Assembly (NCBI GenBank): GCA_965232165.1
Contig: CBDDOY010000002.1
Location: forward strand, 479,478 to 543,477
DNA length: 64,000 nucleotides
Source of the DNA: Spirochaetaceae bacterium
GTDB taxonomy: Bacteria > Spirochaetota > Spirochaetia > DSM-2461
Direction: 5' to 3'
The translations under genes were made by a program, and so were the position numbers. A model generated the notes under the pieces. It ran no database searches and was not told the DNA's origin. It worked only from the letters and a program-made list of their open reading frames with translations. Position 1 is the first letter of the stretch; every line of letters starts with the position of its first letter. Below, piece by piece: positions 58,826 to 64,000 of this stretch.

Positions 58826-59266
58826 ATGACCTATAAGTATACGTTATTGCCCTGTCTATTTCTTCTGCTTCCCTTCGCATCCTGTGGGAATGAAGCCGAA
58901 ACCATTTCTATCGATGTCGCCGGCCATACCTTGCAGGTGGAAATCGCCGACACCCAGGAATTGCGGGCCGCCGGGCTCATGAACCGCCGAAGTCTGGCCG
59001 AGAACCACGGCATGCTCTTCGTCTTTGAATCGGAAACCCGGCCTTCCTTCTGGATGAAGAATACCAGCATACCGCTGTCATTGGCCTTCATCTCCAGTGA
59101 CGGAACCATACGCCAGATAGAACACCTAAGCCCTCATTCGCTTATGTCGGTCGTATCGAAAAGATATGTCCGCTATGCCCTGGAAGTGAACCATGGATGG
59201 TTTGAGAAGAGAGCCATCATCCCAGGGGACAGAGTGATTATTCCGAAAGACAGAGATAATAGCTGA
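58826..59266 (+). CDS. DUF192 family lipoprotein
   Basis: VEIADT...GLMNR..L....GMLFVF, FWMKNTSIPLSLAFI, YALEVN. Lipobox FASC. Confidence 0.9.
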   Translation: MTYKYTLLPCLFLLLPFASCGNEAETISIDVAGHTLQVEIADTQELRAAGLMNRRSLAENHGMLFVFESETRPSFWMKNTSIPLSLAFISSDGTIRQIEHLSPHSLMSVVSKRYVRYALEVNHGWFEKRAIIPGDRVIIPKDRDNS

Positions 59267-59283
59267 GATTTCTTGATGATGCG

Positions 59284-59520
59284 CTATTTCTCCTCGGGCT
59301 CAAATGGCTCAATTTCCAGTTCATCACCCCCCTGGACATCGGGCAGATTCACCAGTTTGTCAACTTTTAGTTCATACCCCTTTAATTCCTTCTCTAAATT
59401 CTTGGCGATCTCGTTTCCCTCTTCAAAAAGCGCCATCACCTCTTCTAACGGCACGGCGCTGTCCCTCATCAATTCTGCGATTTTTTCCAATCGCTCTAAT
59501 CCCTCTTCAAAAACAGCCAT
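59284..59520 (-). CDS. xseB: Exodeoxyribonuclease VII small subunit
   Basis: FEEGLERLEKI...VPLEEVMALFEEG. Adjacent to xseA. Confidence 0.9.
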   Translation of the reverse strand: MAVFEEGLERLEKIAELMRDSAVPLEEVMALFEEGNEIAKNLEKELKGYELKVDKLVNLPDVQGGDELEIEPFEPEEK

Positions 59521-59521
59521 A

Positions 59522-60724
59522 TCATTCCTTAATCACGGCATGGGCTCTATCTTGAGCAAATCGAATTTCAATATCATCTCCGGAGCTTAGCATCTTGGCC
59601 GAACTGATACAGACCCCATTTCGTTCGACGCGGGCATAGCCCCTGGTCAACACCGCCTGAGGAGAGAATTCGCTAATGCAGAACAATGCCTGTTCATATC
59701 GCATCCTTGCTTTCTTCAGACGGCTTCTCGACTTCATGAGCATACCCAGACGGGCATCATCGGCACGCCGCGTCATGGTTTCCCGCCTCTCCCTTTCCAG
59801 TTTAACCAGGAATCCAGTACTGACACGATCCAGGCGGCGGCGGGATTCGCTAAACCGTCTCATAATAGCATCCTCCCCCGAATCGACAAACCCCTTCACC
59901 CTCAACAGCAGATCTTCAGAACGGTCGCTGACCAGCTCCGCCGCCGCCGATGGTGTGGCAGCCCTCACATCCGCCGCCAAATCCGCCAGGCTCACATCGA
60001 TTTCATGTCCTACACCGCTGATAACAGGAGTGCTGCACGCTGCGATTACGCGAACAAGAATCTCCTCATTGAAGGGCATCCGGTCTTCATCGGATCCGCC
60101 GCCCCTGGCTAAGATGATCACATCACCAAGCCCATACCGATCCGCCCTTAAGATTTGTTCGGCCATCATGGCAGCAGCCTCTTTGCCCTGAACCAGAGCA
60201 GGAAGAACGGTCACCCGAGGCGCGGCCTCTCTCCGGGCGAGCACTTGCAGAATATCCCTCAAAGCCGCACCCGTAGGGGAGGTCACTACAGCCACACGCC
60301 GTGGATAGGGCGGCAATTGCCGCTTGAGTTCCTGTGCAAACAGACCTTCGGCGGCCAGCCGGTGTTTGAGTTCTTCCAATGCCTTGAGCATGCCGCCTCT
60401 GCCGGATTCTTCGAGACAGTCGACGATAATCTGGTAGGATCCCCTTATCTCATAGACCCCGATTCTCCCGCCTGCGATAATTTTCATACCGTCAATCGGC
60501 TTAACGGCGGATTTAGCGGCCTGTCCGCGAAACATTACCGCCGCAATCATCGCGCCGGAATCTTTGATGCTGAAGTACACATGCCCGGCGCCCGATGGAC
60601 GGCAGTTGGAAACCTCTCCCTCCACTTGGACAAAGGGAAAGTTTGCATGGAGCAAGTCCTTTATTTTCCTGGAGAGTTCGCTGACGGTCCACACTCTTTT
60701 GATACCATCGACAAGCATATCCAT
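59522..60724 (-). CDS. xseA: Exodeoxyribonuclease VII large subunit
   Basis: VEGEVSN, GHVYFSIKD, VTSPTGAALRDI, ARGGGS, SGVGHEID, AATPSAAAE. Confidence 0.95.
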   Translation of the reverse strand: MDMLVDGIKRVWTVSELSRKIKDLLHANFPFVQVEGEVSNCRPSGAGHVYFSIKDSGAMIAAVMFRGQAAKSAVKPIDGMKIIAGGRIGVYEIRGSYQIIVDCLEESGRGGMLKALEELKHRLAAEGLFAQELKRQLPPYPRRVAVVTSPTGAALRDILQVLARREAAPRVTVLPALVQGKEAAAMMAEQILRADRYGLGDVIILARGGGSDEDRMPFNEEILVRVIAACSTPVISGVGHEIDVSLADLAADVRAATPSAAAELVSDRSEDLLLRVKGFVDSGEDAIMRRFSESRRRLDRVSTGFLVKLERERRETMTRRADDARLGMLMKSRSRLKKARMRYEQALFCISEFSPQAVLTRGYARVERNGVCISSAKMLSSGDDIEIRFAQDRAHAVIKE

Positions 60725-60787
60725 ACAGGGTTAATATGGAAGGAAGCAGCAGACAGGGTCAACCCTTAAGATTGAGGAGAGCGCTTC

Positions 60788-62323
60788 ATGGGCAATATTG
60801 CCTTCGTTAACATTTCCCGCCTGACACCACGGGCCTACAAGCCTATATTGAATGGTCCGTCGGCCTTTGAACGAGTTGTTGAATGGGCCAGAGGAATCCC
60901 CAATTACATCGGCATGATACTCATCACAGATGAGGATGAGGAAATTGACCTTTCCTTCCTCGAGCCGAATCCGCTGCAGTTGTTTCATCGGGAACCTTGG
61001 ACGGAAGAAGAATTCATAAACACCCTGGCCGAAGGAGTTTCTCTGACCGAGAAGATGGAGCCGGAAGCCTTCTTCTACGCCTGGGGAGACAGCCCTCTCA
61101 TTGATGCCGCGACGACAGAAACCCTTTGGAAGCTCCATTACAAGTATGATGCCGAATATACCTTCGCCGACGGCTATCCCTACGGCCTTTGCCCCGAAAT
61201 TCTTTCTTCAAAACTGCCCGGGAAACTCCTAAGCCTTGCTTCAGGAAGGAATGGTCCGCTGCGCCGCAACAGTCTATTCGAGATACTTCGCCAGGATATC
61301 AATGCCTTCGATGTCGAAACCCACCTCTCTCCGAAGGATTTGCGTATGGACCGCATCTCCATCACCTGCGACACTCGGCGCAATCGAAACATTGTGGAAA
61401 AACTCCATGCCGCCGGAGGAACAGATGCCGAATCTCTCTGCCGGATAATCCCCGAAAATCGGCGGCTGCTTCGCGATCTTCCGGCCTATTTTCCAATCCA
61501 GATTACCGATCACTGCCCTCAGGCTTGCTCTTACTGCCCATTCCCAGACTTTTTCGGCAATCCGCTCAACGGCCAGTCATTTATGGAACTCAATCAATTC
61601 ATCCGACTCTGTGACCGCATCGCTGAATTCGCCGATGATGCTGTCATAGCGCCTTCCCTTTGGGGTGAACCGGCTTCCCATCCACAGATTGGCCTCATGA
61701 TCAGACGGGTACTGAATAAATTTCATGGAAAACCCGTCAAGATTCTTATCGAAACCTCCGGAATTGGCTGGGATAAATCGGTATTGGAGGAACTGGGCCG
61801 GGATTTCGCCGATGGCCGCCTGCTGTGGATTGTCAGCCTTGATGCGGCCGATGAATCCCTGTACAGGAAGCTGCGCGGTGAAGGCATGGTCCAGGCCGAA
61901 GAAACAGCAAGATTGCTGGCCGACCTCTTCGGCAAGAACTGCTGGATGCAGGCGGTCCGCATGAATGAGAACGAAGAAGACCTCGAATCCTTCTATCAGA
62001 AGTGGAAGGATGTCGGCGGCGGCGCCATTATCCAGAAACATGACTCCTATGCCGCCTATCTCGAAAATCGCCAACCGGCAGATCTTTCTCCTCTCGACCG
62101 CTTCCCCTGCTGGCACATGAAACGCGATATGCCCATCCTTATAGATGGAACCGTCCCTGTCTGTCGAAGCGACCTGGGCCGCCGCAAGGCGCTTGGCAAT
62201 GCATTCGACGAGGAGCTTGATGTTATCTGGACACGTGGAAATGAATTACACAGCATCCATGTCCGTTCAGAATATCCCGGACCCTGTGCGGAGTGTGATG
62301 AATATTACACCTTCAATTTCTAA
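60788..62323 (+). CDS. spiro-SPASM radical SAM protein with an N-terminal cytidylyltransferase-like region
   Basis: CPQACSYCP (CxxxCxxC), C-terminal SPASM Cys motifs CWHMKRD..C...CAEC, N-terminal WGDSPLID/YTFADGYPYGL. Confidence 0.85.
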   Translation: MGNIAFVNISRLTPRAYKPILNGPSAFERVVEWARGIPNYIGMILITDEDEEIDLSFLEPNPLQLFHREPWTEEEFINTLAEGVSLTEKMEPEAFFYAWGDSPLIDAATTETLWKLHYKYDAEYTFADGYPYGLCPEILSSKLPGKLLSLASGRNGPLRRNSLFEILRQDINAFDVETHLSPKDLRMDRISITCDTRRNRNIVEKLHAAGGTDAESLCRIIPENRRLLRDLPAYFPIQITDHCPQACSYCPFPDFFGNPLNGQSFMELNQFIRLCDRIAEFADDAVIAPSLWGEPASHPQIGLMIRRVLNKFHGKPVKILIETSGIGWDKSVLEELGRDFADGRLLWIVSLDAADESLYRKLRGEGMVQAEETARLLADLFGKNCWMQAVRMNENEEDLESFYQKWKDVGGGAIIQKHDSYAAYLENRQPADLSPLDRFPCWHMKRDMPILIDGTVPVCRSDLGRRKALGNAFDEELDVIWTRGNELHSIHVRSEYPGPCAECDEYYTFNF

Positions 62324-63272
62324 TCACGACCAGCCTATCGGCGCAAGATTCTATACCATTGCCGGGGGGAGACTTTCTCCGGAAAAACCTCCTGGTGCGG
62401 AAGACCTTTCCATCATACTTTTCAATCCAGGAACCGGTCCATTTCGAGAGCCGCGGCTCGATGAGCTGAGCCATCTCAATGCCCGGGAAATCTTTTCCAT
62501 TGAATCAGAGCCTGGCCCAAAGGAAGCCCTGAACTTGGTCAAGCGGTATAGGAATTTAAGATTTCTGCTCTTTCCCAATGTTGTCAATAATGGAACACGG
62601 ATTAATACAGCGATCAGTGAAGCATCAAGCGCTCACTGCCTCATTCTGCCTGGCTATGCACAACTGGGGCTTACACCTCATGCCATGCAGAGAATATGGA
62701 GGAAAAGCCAGCTCTGCTCCGTTCCTATATTGCTGGATAAGGACGGCGGCATTCTGCCTACCGCGGTTGGCCCCATGCCTGATATCGACAGCAGATTCCA
62801 GGCCCTGCCGACAGCGCCGGGCCAAGGCGATTCCCCGACACTGCTTCCCTGGGATTTCTGTGGAATCTATCTCAGGGACAGACATCTTGCTCTAGGCGGA
62901 TTCGACCAGGCCATTGGTGAAGACTGGTGGCAGCTTCTGGAATACGGCATGCGGGCCTGGCTATGGGGTGAGGAAATATCGATAGACCCCGTATGCCAGG
63001 TCAGATACCTAACGGATCCCCCAACGGCGGACATGAGTCCAAGGCAGGGATACCGGCGATTCTTCCTCAAGACCGTTGCGGTTCAGCGGAACGGCGGCAT
63101 AGGCCGTCTCACCCGATTCCAATGGTGGGCGTATTTACGCGATTCAAAAGACAGCTCTGCCGCCGCCGGTGCCGACTGGAAAGATATCAGCCGTTGGGTG
63201 CAGAGAAACCGTCATCGCTTCGTCATGGATGCAAAGGAATTGACCGAAAACTGGCAGTGGACGCAGGAATGA
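62298..63272 (+). CDS. Hypothetical protein, glycosyltransferase-like fold suspected
   Basis: Overlaps the spiro-SPASM stop. LGGFDQAI...WQLLEYGMRAWLWG resembles GT2 C-terminal motifs. Confidence 0.6.
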   Translation: MNITPSISNHDQPIGARFYTIAGGRLSPEKPPGAEDLSIILFNPGTGPFREPRLDELSHLNAREIFSIESEPGPKEALNLVKRYRNLRFLLFPNVVNNGTRINTAISEASSAHCLILPGYAQLGLTPHAMQRIWRKSQLCSVPILLDKDGGILPTAVGPMPDIDSRFQALPTAPGQGDSPTLLPWDFCGIYLRDRHLALGGFDQAIGEDWWQLLEYGMRAWLWGEEISIDPVCQVRYLTDPPTADMSPRQGYRRFFLKTVAVQRNGGIGRLTRFQWWAYLRDSKDSSAAAGADWKDISRWVQRNRHRFVMDAKELTENWQWTQE

Positions 63273-63949
63273 CCGGCGTTTTCCTCCAAGTGAGACTCAG
63301 TTCTTCGAGGCTCCCGGGCAAGGCATTGCTCAAACTGGAAGGACAGCCGGTCATCACTCATGCCATGAGGGCCTTAAATAGGGTCAAAGCCGATGTATAC
63401 AGTCTATTGACAACCGAGGAATCGGCTTCGGTGCTGCGGATATTTGCCAAGCAGGAGAAATGGGAACTCTTCAGCGGACCAAGAGATGATGTGCTTGCCC
63501 GTTATGTCCTGGCTGCGCGTGAATTCGCCGTCACACGCATCGTCCGAGCAACCGGAGACAATCCCCTGGTATCGGGGCATTTGGCCAATGACACCTTGGA
63601 TTTGGCCTTTGAGACAGGAGCCCACTATGCGGGATTTACCGGCATGCCCATTGGGACAGGGGTGGAAGTGCTCGAAGTCGATGCCTTAGAGCAGGCCTAT
63701 GCCGAGGCGGAGGATTCTCATGAACGGGAGCATGTCTCCCCCTTTCTCTACCGCAGGCCTGAGCGTTTTAACATAGCATTACGGCAGGCACCTGATGAAA
63801 TGTGCGCACCGAAGATCCGTGTGACCCTCGACACCAAGGAAGACTATCAGTATTTGAGACGGCTGTATGCCGCGTTGTACAGCAATGAACCGCTCGAACT
63901 CCATGAATTTGTTCCATGGCTTAAGGAAAATCCCCCCCATGCAGACTAG
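63269..63949 (+). CDS. SpsF/NeuA-like cytidylyltransferase
   Basis: QVRLSSSRLPGKALL, DDVLARY, VRATGDNPL, REHVSPFLYR, RVTLDTKEDY. Confidence 0.88.
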   Translation: MTGVFLQVRLSSSRLPGKALLKLEGQPVITHAMRALNRVKADVYSLLTTEESASVLRIFAKQEKWELFSGPRDDVLARYVLAAREFAVTRIVRATGDNPLVSGHLANDTLDLAFETGAHYAGFTGMPIGTGVEVLEVDALEQAYAEAEDSHEREHVSPFLYRRPERFNIALRQAPDEMCAPKIRVTLDTKEDYQYLRRLYAALYSNEPLELHEFVPWLKENPPHAD

Positions 63950-64000
63950 ACATCTCATCCTTAGACCCTTGGACAAAGAGAACAGCGGCACGGGACATAT
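63939..64000 (+). CDS. Start of the next gene (3'-partial), possibly PseG-like
   Basis: ATG overlaps the previous gene. MQTRHLILRPLDKENSGTGH contains a GTGH motif. Only ~20 codons are visible. Confidence 0.35.
   Translation, partial: MQTRHLILRPLDKENSGTGH

Overview
This is a 64 kb chromosomal segment, most likely from a spirochaete. The inference rests on the murG-DNA pol III delta'-like-HK-sigma54 RR block and the spiro-SPASM/cytidylyltransferase block. The core genes are intact: two cobalamin operons (cbiA-C-D-E-L-F-G-H, and a B12 riboswitch followed by cbiK-btuFCD-cobO-cbiB-cobU-cobT), tdh-kbl, tRNA-Val, murG, a two-component system and xseAB. Between them lie decayed accessory regions: IS1634, IS3, IS30 and IS481 elements, five copies of a 161-195 bp MITE, relics of restriction genes and several pseudogenes. 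Most notable: (1) an 8-gene orphan operon (15305-23456) that combines GTP cyclohydrolase II, a RibD-type reductase, an atypical PTPS, a Zn-dehydrogenase and a GT4 with a CDP-alcohol phosphotransferase::FkbM fusion, a sulfatase-fold membrane protein and an MFS transporter; (2) a ~2.7 kb non-coding array of ~21 modular 130-bp units next to tRNA-Val that is not a CRISPR; (3) cobO inverted inside its operon between two CATG sites; (4) a four-layer nest of mobile elements and a ~30-bp hairpin element inserted within MITEs; (5) a 10-repeat Ig-like lipoprotein. All calls were made by eye from the sequence and ORF track. No database searches were run, and family names come from recalled motifs.
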